Source: Octopus vulgaris
Taxonomy: Eukaryota
Length of the DNA: 64,000 nucleotides
Direction: 5' to 3'
Assembly: GCA_951406725.2 (NCBI GenBank)
Contig: OX597829.1
Location: forward strand, 43,710,001-43,774,000
Under the pieces are notes generated by a model. It worked only from the letters and a program-made list of their open reading frames with translations, was not told the DNA's origin and made no database searches. This document shows positions 41,225 through 55,246 of this stretch, in pieces. Made by a program: the position numbers and the translations under genes. Every line of letters begins with the position of its first letter. The stretch's first letter is position 1.

Positions 41225-41690
41225 TTGGGGAGCGAAAGAGTACGTGTGACAGCTAGGTCAGACTTGAACTGGGGAAAGCATGACGGCCAAATGGCGATAT
41301 ATGACAAAGTCGACGTTTGTATTCGCCACCTCTGCCCGACTTTCAGGGATAAATTTTTCTCGGCCCGTTATTGGGTGAGATTGAGAACCCTGCTCGTCAT
41401 CTCGTCCCACTGGATCAACCATATTTAGCCAGTCCCTCCGTCCAGCGTCCTACGATGTTATTTATTGGACGGCATGGATCTGCCTTTGTAGGTGTGGAAC
41501 TGCGAGCCCACTGATGTTTATTGGTTAATATCTACTCCGTTCACCGCCTCGTATTCTTTTAGAGCAGTGCCGACCAGGTCTGTGTGCCGGCTGTTCGACA
41601 CTATGGTGGTGACGTCGTCCGCGTAAGTTGACGTTCTTCTCCCACGTCCTAGCCACGCGGGATGCTTCTCAACGCTTCCAATTTCCGCGG
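41225..41690 (-). mobile_element. Tx1/L1-clade LINE reverse transcriptase fragment
   Basis: Minus-strand STYADDVTTIVSNSRHTDLVGTALKEYEAVNGVDIN, with the YADD motif at ~41613-41624. Confidence 0.8.
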
Positions 41691-42609
41691 ACGTCCAACG
41701 ATATGAGTGGAAAAGTTTTGTCGAAGTAGTTTGTGCAAATCCTTATAATGTTGAGCTGATGATAGAGAGGAAATGCGCGAGAGGTGCAAAAAACCCAAGT
41801 GGAAGCCTCAAGTGGGAGTTGTCACTGTATGTGAGAAGATTCAAATAAGGCTAGCATAAAGTGCAAGGTCAATACTGAATTTCACTGGAGAAAACCTGCA
41901 TTCAATATTTGTTTTTACCTGGCCAACCCGTTTAACTTGGGCTGACAAAGCAAATTACATAGCTATGATACCGTATGTTGTTGTATATATGTATGTGTGT
42001 AAACACACACACACGCACACACGCACACATACACACACACACACACTCACACACACACACATATATATATATATATTTATAGAGAGGGCGAGTGGGAGAG
42101 TACGAGAGAGAAAGAGAGAAAATGAGAGAGAGAGTGAGTCTGCAAACACGCGCATATTTTATCTTCTCCTCTGTCATCTTATAACTTATAAAATTGTAAT
42201 GGTCAGTTGAGTTAATATTGGATAAAATGAGAAGGGTGCAAGAGTGTTAGCGTGAGGGAAATGGGGTGGCATAGGGAGAGTGACAGATATCAGTGAAGGG
42301 GAGAACAGAGTTGTATAATCAACAAATATTGAGTGGTAACGGGATGGTAAAGTTAATACAGCTGTATACATACCTCCGTAAATACATAGATACATACATA
42401 CACATACACATGCATACACACATACACACACATGCACATAAGTAATTTTTAAAACGCCGAGGAAGGGAAAGAAGGGTGGTTGTGAAGAATACGTATCGTT
42501 AAGGATAGAGGGAGTCGGGGGTCGGTAAGTTGACAACAATTGCTCACAGGCAGCGTTTTTATTGTCCATCATCAAGAAGCACTCACACAGACACACTCAC
42601 AGACTCACC

Positions 42610-42666
42610 CACACACATACATACACGTACATACACACACACATACATACACACATACATACATAC

Positions 42667-42701
<35 letters not shown>

Positions 42702-43005
42702 TACATACATACATACATACATACATACATACATGCATACATACATACATACATACATACATACATACATACAAACATGCATACATACATACATACATAC
42801 ATACATACATACATACATACATACAATACATACATACATACATACATACATGCATACATACATAGATACATACATACATGCATGCATACATACATACATA
42901 CATACATGCATACATACATACATACATACATACATGCATACATACATACATGCATACATACGTACATACATACATACATGCATACATACATATACACACA
43001 TACAT
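42610..43005. repeat. (CATA/CATG)n microsatellite
   Basis: Direct inspection. Confidence 0.95.
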
Positions 43006-43567
43006 ATGTCTATTGTAAATATGTCTATTATACATCATTTTAAACTCGTGATTACTTGTATGTGCGTCTGCAAATGTGCGTGTGTTTGAGTGTGTGTGTA
43101 TGTGTGTATTTGTGTGTTTGTGTGTCACGTCTTTTAACAGTTTGTCTCTCTATTCTTGTAGGGTCTCCTCTGTTGCTGTCACATATTGTGAAATTTGAAA
43201 ATGAAGCCAACATTTTTCAATTCGGTATATTGAAATAATTTTCCACGTTAAATCCAATTTAGTCATTTATTTGTTCTAGAAAAAAAATTTCCGAAAAATG
43301 TTACAGAGGTTTAAAGTTTAATCAATTTTACCTAATCAGAAAACAGGATTTTTTTAAGCTGGCATTTTCTGAATTAATAGCTGTCTATCACAAAATGAAA
43401 GTAAAATCATTACGAGGGCAAATTTCTATTTTACCGAACGAAAATAATTTTAAAATGAAAATATCCTCAACGAATTTTTTGCGAAAAATTGTACAAATCT
43501 GTCCTGATGAAGAGTTCTATCTGTCGGGGAAGGCATAGTCTGACCTGGAATTAACAAAGATTTATAT

Positions 43568-43962
43568 ACTCTTTACTCTTTTACTCTTTTACTTGTTTCA
43601 GTCATTTGACTGTGGCCATGCTGGAGCACCACCTTTAGTCAAGCAAATTGACCCCGGGAGGTATTCTTTGTAAGCCCAGTACTTATTCTATCGGTCTCTT
43701 TTGCCGAACCGCTAAGTGACGGCGACGTAAACACACCAGCATCGGTTGTCAAGCAATGCTAGGGGAACAAACACAGACACATACATATATATATATATAT
43801 ACATATATACGACGAGCTTCTTTCAGTTTCCGTCTACCAAATCCACTCACAAGTCTTTGGTCGGTTCGAGGCTATATTAGCAGACACTTGCCCAAGGTGC
43901 CACGCAGTGGGACTGAACCCGGAACCATGTGGTTGGTAAGCATGCTACTTACCACACAGCCA
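43568..43962 (-). mobile_element. SINE family B
   Basis: Near full-length reverse copy with (GAGTAAAA)n-type tail. Confidence 0.85.
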
Positions 43963-43999
43963 AACATTCTATTGTAATAATTGCCCGGCATCGACGGGC

Positions 44000-44600
44000 T
44001 ATTCAGCTCCTAATTTGTATAATCGAAGAGGCAATAAGGCTGGCTCCCTTAACAATTATATCATCAACTGCGTACGAGCTGTCCAGAGTTTGAAGTGTGT
44101 AATCACACCTTGTCATTCATGATGATATTCTAAGGCACAAAAGAAAAACTATGGCCTCTCAGACTTTGCCTTCTCTCACTGTATGATTTTGTAATTCTGG
44201 ACTGTAGCGACATCAGATATGTCGATTTAAGACGTACAGTGATTTCGAACAAAAACCATCATTGAAGAAAGAAACAGCGGTTTGGACATGTATTAAAGAA
44301 TCCGGGACATGAGAACATTCAAACAGTTACTGTACTCTGAGCTCGGAGATTGTTTTGTCTAAGACTGTGGAGTGGCATCTAGTTGGAAACTAACCGGTTT
44401 ATCCAACAAGAAGACTGTGTAAATCGTGCAATATCATACATGAGAACTGGAAAATGTTACAAAAGAGGAGTGCAACAATCTAGCGGGCCACAGAACAGAA
44501 AAAAGACAAGCCACAGTAGGTCATTCTTGACAGAAACTGTCAGCACAACTTCAATGCAGGATGGTCAATGGGGGAAAAAAGATCATATATCACTGTGAGA
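44000..44600 (+). mobile_element. Decayed RTE-type LINE 3' fragment
   Basis: GGTTTGGACATGTATTAAAGAAT (FGHVL, cf. WFGHVLRM) and an upstream LLYGxETWT-like remnant. Confidence 0.4.
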
Positions 44601-44960
44601 CAAAACTGGAAGCATTGCCAACGATGATAAATATTGCCAAATATACACACACACACGCGCTGTATAAAACGGTGAGGAAGAGAAAGAAGGGAGGGTGTGA
44701 AGAATACTATCGTTAAGGAGAGAGGGGATCGGTAAGTTGACAACAATTGCTCACAGGCGGCGTTTTTATTGGATATACACACGCACTATATATTTGTTCT
44801 TCCCTTTATCTTATATTATTTTTCTTACTTAAGTGTCCTTTGAAATTTTTCGTCACACATCCTGTGACCGCTTCAGCGACTCTCCATCCCAAGTGTCTCT
44901 TCCTGTTCTGTTTAGACCAACAAATAATAAAGCTAAAGTGAAGAATGAATACGAAATATT

Positions 44961-45378
44961 GCGCAGGAGTGGCTGTGTGGTAAGTAGCTTGCTAACCAAC
45001 CACATGGTTCCGGGTTCAGTCCCACTGCGTGGCATCTTGGGCAAGTGTCTTCTGCTATAGCCCCAGGCCGACCAATGCCTTGTGAGTGGATTTGGTAGAC
45101 GGAAACTGAAAGAAGCCTGTTGTATATATGTATATATGTATGTATGTGTGTGTGTGTGTGTTTGTGTGTCTGTGTTTGTCCCCCTAGCATTGCTTGACAA
45201 CCGATGCTGGTGTGTTTACGTCCCCGTCACCTAGTGGTTTGGCAAGGGAGACCGATAGAATAAGTACTGGGCTTACAAAGAATAAGTCCCGGGGTCGATT
45301 TCCTCGACTAAAGGCGGTGCTCCAACATGGCCGCAGTCAAATGACTGAAACAAGTAAAAGAGTAAAGAGTAAAGAGTA
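44961..45378 (+). mobile_element. SINE family B
   Basis: Full-length forward copy. Confidence 0.85.
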
Positions 45379-45676
45379 ATGAGTAATGAGTAAAGAGTGT
45401 GTTTATTTGGCAAAGAAAAAAAATGCCAATCTCGAAATATAACAGTATCAGTTTCAACACGCGATTTCCCATCAGGAATCTTGCTAAACAAAACACATAA
45501 ACGAATTTGGAAGATTAATTATCTTGAAAATCCTTTGTATATTGTATGTGTGTGTGTGCTCGTGACTATATGTGTATGCGTTTGTACTTGTAAACACTCT
45601 AAATACGCATAGCTGTGTGCGTGTGCACTTCAACAGATTTTCCCAATGAATCGGGTTATCTAATAAATGCATAAAT

Positions 45677-45757
<81 letters not shown>

Positions 45758-45774
45758 ATGTATGTATGTATGTA

Positions 45775-45945
45775 TACGACGGGCTTCTTTCAGTTTCCGT
45801 CTAGCAAATCCACTCACAAGGCTTTGGTCAATCGGAGGCTATAGTAGAAGACACTTGCCCAAGATGCCACGCAGTGGGACTGAACCCGGAACCATGTGGT
45901 TAGAAAGCAAGCTACTTACCACACAGCCACTCCCATGCATGCATG

Positions 45946-45991
<46 letters not shown>

Positions 45992-46300
45992 TGTATAAGG
46001 AGCACTCCGTCGGTTACGACGACGAGAGCCCCAGCTGATACGATCAACCGAACAGCTTGCTCGTGAAATTAACGTGCAAGTGGCTGAGCATTCCACAGAC
46101 ACGTGTACCCTTAACGTAGTTCTCAGGGAGATTCAGCGTGACACAGAGTATTACAAGGGTGGCCTTTTGAAATACATGTACAGCTCATTTTTGCCAGCTG
46201 AGTGGACTGGAGCAACGTGAAATAAAGTGTCTTGCTCAAGGAATTGAACTCACGACCTTACAACCTGGAGCCGAATGTCCTAACCATTACGCCATGCGCC
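45775..46300 (-). mobile_element. SINE B head fragment (45775-45933) and SINE D copy (46000-46300)
   Basis: Homology to the other copies in the window. Confidence 0.75.
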
Positions 46301-46301
46301 T

Positions 46302-46387
<86 letters not shown>

Positions 46388-46585
46388 GTATAACTTCATA
46401 CCAGTTCATGCAAATATGCACATCCTTCAAAATATATGCGCTTCGTATATACACATACCTGAATACACACATACACACACACACACACACACCGCATGCA
46501 CATACATACTTTTACACGCACGCGCATACAAATATTATGGTATACTATTTAGGCATATTAAAAGTAATATGTGTGTGCGCGTGTG

Positions 46586-46620
<35 letters not shown>

Positions 46621-46890
46621 ATATGTTAACACACATACATGTACCTAAACGCACACATACGAACACGCACACACATACATTCATCTATATTTAATTTTTT
46701 TTTTGTTATTTACTAACTTTTTTACTGCTTTTTTTTTCTAACTCCGACACCCATGTGTTTGGTTTTTCTTTTGTATATCGCTTCATATTTGTCTTAATTA
46801 TTTGTTTTGTCTATTTTCTGGTGGCCCCTTTTTATTAAGGATCGTGGTGGGTATGACAGTAGGAATGTGCTTTTTGCTTTTCTCTTTGCA

Positions 46891-47063
<173 letters not shown>

Positions 47064-47087
47064 TTTATTTATTTATTTATTTCTACA

Positions 47088-47135
<48 letters not shown>

Positions 47136-47521
47136 TACTTTTTTTTTGTGAGCTTAGCGAGAAGGCTTCCCGCGGCAAATTCGTTGAATGTTGAACGCTC
47201 GTTAAACTTCCACCTTCAATTTAATCGTGCTAATATGCCTGCAATCCGTGAACACGTCCAGAATTATATATATACACACACTCACACACATATATATACA
47301 TACTTATAAATCTACACACTCACCGCACACCCACGTATACACACCCACCACACACACACACACAGAGTTCATTCTTTGATGAAGGAATTGGGGAAACTGA
47401 AAACACGTCACTAAATATTTATCAAATTTCTTTTGTAATCCGCCTCAGATGTTAAGTTGTGTGCAAAAAAGAAATTGATAAAACCGTAATGAGAGAGTGA
47501 AAGCGAAAGATAGAAAGACAT

Positions 47522-47565
<44 letters not shown>

Positions 47566-47636
47566 GAAAGAAAGAGAGAGAGCGAAATAAATACATACAT
47601 GCATATGTATGTTTATATACTTATGTTCCACTATGT

Positions 47637-47689
<53 letters not shown>

Positions 47690-47707
47690 TGTATGTATAT
47701 ATGTATG

Positions 47708-47750
<43 letters not shown>

Positions 47751-47754
<4 letters not shown>

Positions 47755-48164
47755 AAACAAGTCAAAAATAGAAAATGCTAAAATAATTTTATAGTGAACA
47801 TTTCAGTACCGGTTTCGGTCATTTTGAGACCTTTTCAACTGTAACGATTAAATAATTAAATTTAGAAAAATTAGAAGAAAAGTTTTTTTAAAGGAATATT
47901 TCTATAGTAGTGTTCAGATATAAGTGGCATTCTGCCTTTCTCTGACTCCCTTGTTACTATAGAAATATTCCTACTATAGAAATATTCCTTTAAAAAAACT
48001 TTTCTTCTAATTTTTCTAAATTTAATTATTTAATCGTTACAGTTGAAAAGGTCTCAAAATGACCGAAACCGGTACTGAAATGTTCACTATAAAATTATTT
48101 TAGCATTTTCTATTTTTGACTTGTTTTTTCATATATATCAACTCGTGTGTTCCTTTTCACCCTT

Positions 48165-48168
<4 letters not shown>
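47751..48168 (+). mobile_element. HHR family H3 foldback: 160-bp perfect inverted arms, 60-bp spacer, ~30-bp unpaired tail, inside (TA)n
   Basis: Arms 47751-47910 and 47971-48130. Each arm carries CAG-TTGAAAA-GGTC-TCAAAAT-GACC-GAA-ACCGGT-A-CTG (+48040-48077; -47804-47841). Confidence 0.88.
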
Positions 48169-48215
<47 letters not shown>

Positions 48216-48217
<2 letters not shown>

Positions 48218-48453
48218 GGAGTAAACACATAAATGTGAAACAAGGTGGAAAAAAGAGTACTCAAATACCAGTGGTAGAGTAATATGCTTTATTTTAAGCA
48301 GCAGAAAATTCAACAAAATCTGTTACTCTGAGTTTCTCATTGCCGTTCATCAGACAGTTTTTGCTAGTTTTTTCTAGCAAAAACTGTCTGATGAACGGCA
48401 ACGAGAAACTCAGAGTAACAGATTTTGTTGAATTTTCTGCTGCTTAAAATAAA

Positions 48454-48454
<1 letters not shown>
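48216..48454 (-). mobile_element. HHR family H2 foldback: 81-bp inverted arms, 6-nt loop, ~70-bp tail, inside (TA)n
   Basis: Arms 48287-48367 and 48374-48454. Motif CTGT-CTGATGA-ACG-GCAA-CGA-GAA-ACTCAGAGT-A-ACAG at +48384-48421. Confidence 0.88.
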
Positions 48455-48493
<39 letters not shown>

Positions 48494-48624
48494 GTATGTA
48501 TTTGTTTCCTTCTGTTCCTCTTAGTAGGGCTCTAACAATTCTTTGAATATATTCATATTTTTTTACTCTTTTATTCTTATATTCATTTCAACCCCTAAGG
48601 CTGTGGCCATGCTGGAGCACCGCT

Positions 48625-50560
48625 AGTGTAATCACTTTTTCAATGGTCAACTTTATGTGATTGCCTTTTGGCGAAGAACGGAGATCGACACAGCTGCCCT
48701 CTTTCGAGTTTCCTACCGTGATATAGATTCATCTGGGACCCTCGATAGCTGGAGGTCATGTTGCTTCTATCTCCACTCTATGAACACCCCTCTGATGTTT
48801 TGGCAATGCGTTAAGTACCTGCGGGCCCTTGAATCTCAAGCTATTGCAGTTCATGGTCCTTATTCTAGGTGGGATAGCTGGGAACTTTGGAATGTCCAGT
48901 TCGAGGTCTGGTATAACTCTAGATACCAAAGTTAGGGCCAGCCCCTACAGGATCTTCCATACGTATATCACTGCATGTCTCTTCAGGAAATAGAGTCATA
49001 GCTCTTTCGGTCTCTCCCAGTAGCTTAGCTGTTCCGTGGATGTAATCTTCCTGGTGTAGAACCGCTGAACTGCCCCAAATTCCGCTATTAACTTGACACT
49101 GTAAGTTAACCACAGTCTAGAGTAGCAGTCCGGACAGCTGAGTACAAATGACCCCCATAGAAACAGCATTGTTTCCTAGTCCTGAAGGTTCTCAGAATCC
49201 ATGCGGCCATTCGCCAGCACATTACAACCATCTTGGTGATATATACGTGAAACGAAGCATCGCTGGTAACATCAATCCCCAGATCACGCACTGTACGTGG
49301 CTCTTGGAATGCCGCTCCTTTTGGTTCAAAGTATCGTTGTTGCGACTTCTACGGAAACCACACGTCGAGCAAAAGGGCAAAAGCTCGCTCGATCTGGGAG
49401 CGGATGTCTTGTAATTTACCTGCACCAAATTGCATGTTGTTTCCTTCAGCCCGTTTAGATATGGCATCTAGGTCTTTCTGTAGAAGATTAGCATCAGAAG
49501 GTTTCTTGACGGCTTATACTACTTTTGTGTTGTCGGGAATGCTCCTAAGTGTGGCTGCCTGTGTAACTGATAGCATGTCTGAAAGAGCCACCATAAATAT
49601 CAACGGCCCCAGGACAGTTCACCGAAGTACCCCAATCACTATTACTATCTCGTAGAAGAGGTCTTTATTGGCTGCCACAGCCTCGCTTCTGTCTCTTAAA
49701 AAGTCATGCAACCACTCTCCCAGTTTCCGACTATTTCGAGTCTCTGTACCTTGTAACATATCATGCCATGGTCAACCTTATCAAAGACCTTTGCAAAGTT
49801 GAGATAAATCACATCCACGTTTGAGCGATTCATTAAATGTTTCAACAAGTGCTGCAAAAACTGTTTAAGGCCGCTTCTTCCTTAGCGGAAGCAATGCTTT
49901 GTGTTAGGAGGTAAGTTATTATCTTCAAGGAACGCAATTAGTTTCTTCATGACAATACGTTCCATGTCTTTGCTGACATGGGAAGTCAGAGAGACAGATA
50001 TAGAATTTTAGGATCTGCCCTGCTACCTCCCTTATGAATATATATTATGCTTTCCTTCAACTTTCTTGGAAGTCTCACGTTGCGAGGAAACTCTGGAAAA
50101 GAATCGGTAGCGGTTTTGCTAGAGTCTCTTTGCATTTCTTTAGGAGGATAGTTGGGAATCCCTGAGGCCTATGGCTGAATTTGCGCTCATTTCATGAGTG
50201 GCCGATATTACTCGCTTCCTATATTTTTATGTTATCAATAATCGCTATTTCTTTATGTAGCGCTATGGTGGCGAAGAACTCATCAGGCATAGCTACTTAC
50301 AAGTGCCCCGGTGGAGTGATGAAAACATTGTTGTCTGCAGTCGGCGAGCCATTTTCTTCGAAAAGTGGCCCTATCTTGTACAGTGCTGAAGCAGATTCTT
50401 TTGCATATTTGTAGAAGGCTTAACGATTTGTCTTAATATTTTTGACAGACCTTACTTATTTTTCTGCTCTCTCCTTTTCAGGGAAGTGTTTGAATTCATT
50501 TTCGATCTCGAACAATGTTTGAGCTTAATGCCTTGCTATCCTTTATTGGTCCATTTAGAC
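48625..50560 (-). mobile_element. CR1-clade LINE ORF2 (RT) pseudogene fragment
   Basis: Minus-strand VDVIYLNFAKVFDKVDHG (49766-49820), TVLGPLIFMVALSDM, RDLGIDVTSDASF..AWILRTFRTR; many stops and frameshifts. Confidence 0.88.
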
Positions 50561-50880
50561 GGTTTGAGGTTTTTGTGCTACTTTTCATCTTCCATCTTCC
50601 AAATCGGCTCACAATGTTTTGGTCGGTTCAAGGCTATAATGGAAAGCACTTGCCCATGGTACCCCGCAGTGGTACAGAACGGGGAACCATGATGCTTATT
50701 CTCTCGGTCTTGTTTGCCGAACCACTATGGCACGGAGATGTAAACTTGACATAAACCCAAACCCACTCTCTGAACATGGACAACATAAACTCAAAAAGAA
50801 CTAGTTTACATCACTGAATACTATTAGTGGGCCATCCGCGCATCTGGATACCAACCCACGTATTTCCACGTCCCCACGCG

Positions 50881-51615
50881 TACATACATACATACATACA
50901 TACATACATACATACATACATACATACATACATACATACATGCATGCATGCATGCATGCATGCATACATACATACATACATACATACATACATACATACA
51001 TACATGCATACATACATACATACATACATACGTACATGCTTGCATGCATGCATACATACATACATACATACATACATACATACATACATACATACATACA
51101 TGCATACATGCATACATACAAACATACATACATACATACATGCATACATACATACATACATACATACATACATGCATACATGCATACATACATACATACA
51201 TGCATGCATGCATGCATACATACATACATACATACATACATACATACATGCATGCATGCATACATACATACATACATACATACATACATACATACATACA
51301 TACATACATACGTACATGCTTGCATGCATGCATACATACATACATACATGCATACATACATACATACATGCATACATGCATACATACAAACATACATACA
51401 TACATACATACATACATACATACATACATACATACATACATACATACATGCATACATGCATACATACATACATACACACATACATGCATGCATGCATACA
51501 TACATACATACATACATACATACATACATACATACATACATGCATGCATGCATGCATACATACATACATACATACATACATACATACATACATACATACA
51601 TACATACATACATAC
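50881..51615. repeat. (CATA/CATG)n tract of ~735 bp interrupting a decayed RTE-like 3' fragment (50810-51800)
   Basis: Repeat by direct inspection; the RTE call for the flanks is weak. Confidence 0.9.
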
Positions 51616-51844
51616 AAATGTTACTGGATGGCTGTTGATTGCTCAAGAGCCATTCCACCCTATGACAGGTCTTATTTTTTGTCCTGCAGGGTCTCCAACG
51701 ATCATCTTCCACATCAAGCAAGCAAGCTTGATGAGGTTGTCAATTTTGTCGCCGACGACCCGACCATGTGACAGACTGCCCTGGGTTACGTGTTACTAGT
51801 AGTGTGTGTATGTATGTGAGTGTGTTGTGTCTGTGTGAGTAGAT

Positions 51845-51869
51845 GTGTGCGTGCATGTATCCATGTATG

Positions 51870-51903
<34 letters not shown>

Positions 51904-52077
51904 TGTATGTATGTATGTATGTATGTGTGTATGTATGTATGTATGTATGCATGCATGTATGTATGTATGCATGCATGTATGTAGGTATGTATGTATGTAT
52001 GTATGTATGTATGTATGTATGTATGGATGTATGCATGTATGTATGTATGTATGGATGTATGCATGCATGTATGTATG

Positions 52078-52109
<32 letters not shown>

Positions 52110-52295
52110 TGTATGCATGTATGTATGTATGCATGCATGTATGTATGTATGCATGAATGTATGTATGTATGTATGTATGTACGTATGTATGTATGTACGT
52201 ATGTATGCATGTATGTATGTATGTATGTATGTATGTATGTATGTATGTATTTATGTATGTATGTATGTATGTACGTATGTATGTATGTATGTACG

Positions 52296-52327
<32 letters not shown>

Positions 52328-52360
52328 TGTATGTATGTATGTATATGTATGTATGTATGT
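51845..52360. repeat. (TATG/CATG)n tract, complementary to the preceding tract
   Basis: Direct inspection. Confidence 0.9.
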
Positions 52361-52594
52361 GTCTCTGTGTGTGTGAGTATATATTTATATAAGTTCACCA
52401 AAATTTAAATTCAGATGAATATGGTACTTAAGTTAAAGGCACCAGAATTTTGTGTGGTATTATCCATATAAATCAAATGGGATGATTATAATCAAAATAA
52501 GCAACAAGTACATCCAAGGTAGAGTAGTACAATTATTTCATGCTACTTCATTTTATTAAACACTGTAAGTATTACGTCAGTTTTATACTGTCGA

Positions 52595-52843
52595 CATTAT
52601 ATTATAAGTGCCTTATAATTTAAAAAACTCACTGGTAAAATGTCGACTATTTATTTTTTACATTTCTAAAATTTTCGTTGCGTCTTGCAAACTTTTCAGT
52701 AGTTTTGACTCTTCAAAGCTATTGAAAAGGTTGCAAGACGCAACGAAAATTTTAGAAAAGTAAAAAATAAATAAGTAGAAATTTTACCGGTGTGTTAAAT
52801 TATAAGGCACTAAAAGATAATGACTCTCCCCTGACACAACAGA
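52595..52843 (+). mobile_element. HHR family H5 foldback, diverged arms of ~110 bp plus short tail, next to (TA)n
   Basis: Arms ~52595-52707 and 52713-52822. Motif CTA-TTGAAAA-G-GTTGC-AAGAC-GCAAC-GAA-AATT-T-TAG at 52719-52755. Confidence 0.75.
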
Positions 52844-52897
52844 ATATATATATGTGTGTGTTTGTGAGAGTGTGTGTATGTATATGTAAGTAGAATA

Positions 52898-52964
<67 letters not shown>

Positions 52965-52982
52965 TGCATGTATGTATGTATG

Positions 52983-53056
<74 letters not shown>

Positions 53057-53058
<2 letters not shown>

Positions 53059-53390
53059 CGCAATAGTAGCTGTATGGTAAGAAGCTTGCTTCCCAACCAC
53101 ATGGTTCCGGTTCCAGTCCCACTGCGTGGCACCTTGGGCAAGTGCCTTCTACTTTATATTCGGGCCGAGCAAAGGTTGTGAATGTATTTGGAGGACGGAA
53201 ACTGAAAGAAGCCCGTCGTATATACGTATATATGTATTTGTGTGTCTGTGTTCGTACCCCTCCCACCACCACCACCACCATCGCTTGACAATCGATATCG
53301 GTGTGTTTAGGTCTCCGTAACTTATTTATTCGACTGAAAGCGGTGCTCCAGCATGGCCGCAGTCAAAATGACTGAAACAACTAAAAGAAG
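53057..53390 (+). mobile_element. SINE family B, internally deleted
   Basis: Head, CORE-like segment and tail present. Confidence 0.8.
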
Positions 53391-54312
53391 AAAAAAAAGA
53401 GAAAGAATATATATATACATTCTCATATACACATATGTGCATACATATATGAATACATATATGTATATCCGCATACAAAAAAACACACACACACTTACAT
53501 ATATACAATATGTTACGTAACCTGAACTGAACTCTGATCAAAATGGTATGCACATTGTCGTTCTACGTCACCAATGTGATATGGAACCATGAAATGTCTG
53601 TATGTGACAAGAAGCGAAATCAGATTTTGTGAGCTTCATACCTATCTGGAAGGTATTAGTAAAGCAAGTGAAGCGCAATTTGCTTCAACAGGAAGCAGAA
53701 ACTGTGCCATCTTCTTAGCTACGCCTGAAGCCCTTACTTTCTACTTTTAACTCCACTCATCAAAAATTTCGTAGAGAAATCACTAATTAGACATATTATA
53801 TATGACTCATGTACCCATCAACGCTATCAAACAATTCGAATTTTCTTTCTGCTTTTTTTTTAAAAATATTTTTTTTGTTTTTATTCTCGACAGAAGTCAA
53901 GAAACCCAATTTGTTTTCAAAAGAATCATTCTAAACAGAAACAAGCCGACTTATAAATCATATCGTTTATCCGTACAAACTTTTCTCAGATTATATCTTA
54001 GGCTTAGATCCAGTAGGGAAGCTAAGCGCCCTTGGAGCAAGACACGCTGCCTGCAGCGATCCAAAGCAGTTTTTCTTCATATCACAGTGCCAAGTCGACT
54101 CGCTCACAGCTTCCACTGTTATGTCTAATGGGGAAAACTTCTTCCTGTGTTTAAAATGCCTTCCTTCAAATTGCCATGTTCCTTATTTAACTACGACTAT
54201 ATTATCGAAGAATACCCGCTAGGTTTCTCTCCTCTACTTCCCCCTCGGTCGCACCCCATAGCAGGTTCTTTTCGTTTTCTACTTCTCCCCTCCCGTCTTC
54301 TTCTCTTCTTCC

Positions 54313-54344
<32 letters not shown>

Positions 54345-54444
54345 GGTGGTAGTAGTGGTCTTCTTCTTCTTCTTCTTCTTCTTCTTCTTCTTCTTCTTCT
54401 TCTTCTCCTTCTTCTTCTTCTTCTTCTTCTTCTTCTTCTTCTAA

Positions 54445-54480
<36 letters not shown>

Positions 54481-54744
54481 TCCTCCTCCTACTTCCCCTT
54501 CGTCTCCTTTTCCCCTACTCCTTTATCTCACCTCTCCCTTCTCCTTCGCCTCTTTCGCTTTCTCCCTCGCTTCCTCCTTCGCTTCCCCCTCTCCATCATA
54601 CCCGCCTCTTCTTTCTACTTTCATCTTCTTCCCTCTCTGTCACATAAGTTCCGAATTTTCTCTCTATTAATCTTTCTTTCATTTGTCATCTACGGACGCT
54701 TTCTTCAAAGCCATCATCAAAGCGATAAATAACAAGACTAAATA

Positions 54745-54963
54745 AGGCGGCGTGCTGGCAGAAACGTTAGCACGCCGGGCGAAATGCTTAGCGGTATTTC
54801 GTCTGCCGCTACGTTCTGAGTTCAAATTCCACCGAGGTCGACTTTGCCTTTCATCCTTGCGGGGTCGATAAATTAAGTACGAGTTATGCACTGGAATTGA
54901 TCTAATCGACTGGCCCCACCTCCCCCCAAAATTTCGGGCCTTGTACCTAGAGTAGAAAAAAAG
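54745..54963 (+). mobile_element. SINE family A with 18-bp target-site duplication
   Basis: AAATAACAAGACTAAATA at 54727-54744 and 54964-54981. Confidence 0.92.
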
Positions 54964-55039
54964 AAATAACAAGACTAAATAGCAGGTCATGAAAAAGAAA
55001 AGAGACTAACAACGAAAGCAACATGAATATTAATAATGA

Positions 55040-55196
55040 TAATCCTTTCTACAATAGGCACAAGGCCTGAAATTTGGGGGAGGGAGAGCAGTCGATTAGA
55101 TCGACTCCAGTACACAACTGGTACTTAATTTATCGACCCTGAAAGAATGAAAGGCAAAGTTGACCTTGGCGGAATTTGAACGTGAAGACAGACGAT

Positions 55197-55197
<1 letters not shown>
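55040..55197 (-). mobile_element. SINE family A, 5'-truncated
   Basis: Reverse copy ~80 bp from the previous one. Confidence 0.8.

Positions 55198-55246
<49 letters not shown>

Noticed and set aside
43496-43562. CTGATGA with flanking AATCT..AGATT stem
   Set aside because: No GAAA and a poorly formed stem II; a decayed HHR is possible but unsupported.
47372-47412. TTGATGA...GAAAACACGTC HHR-like motif
   Set aside because: Only a 2-bp stem II and no stem I complementarity.
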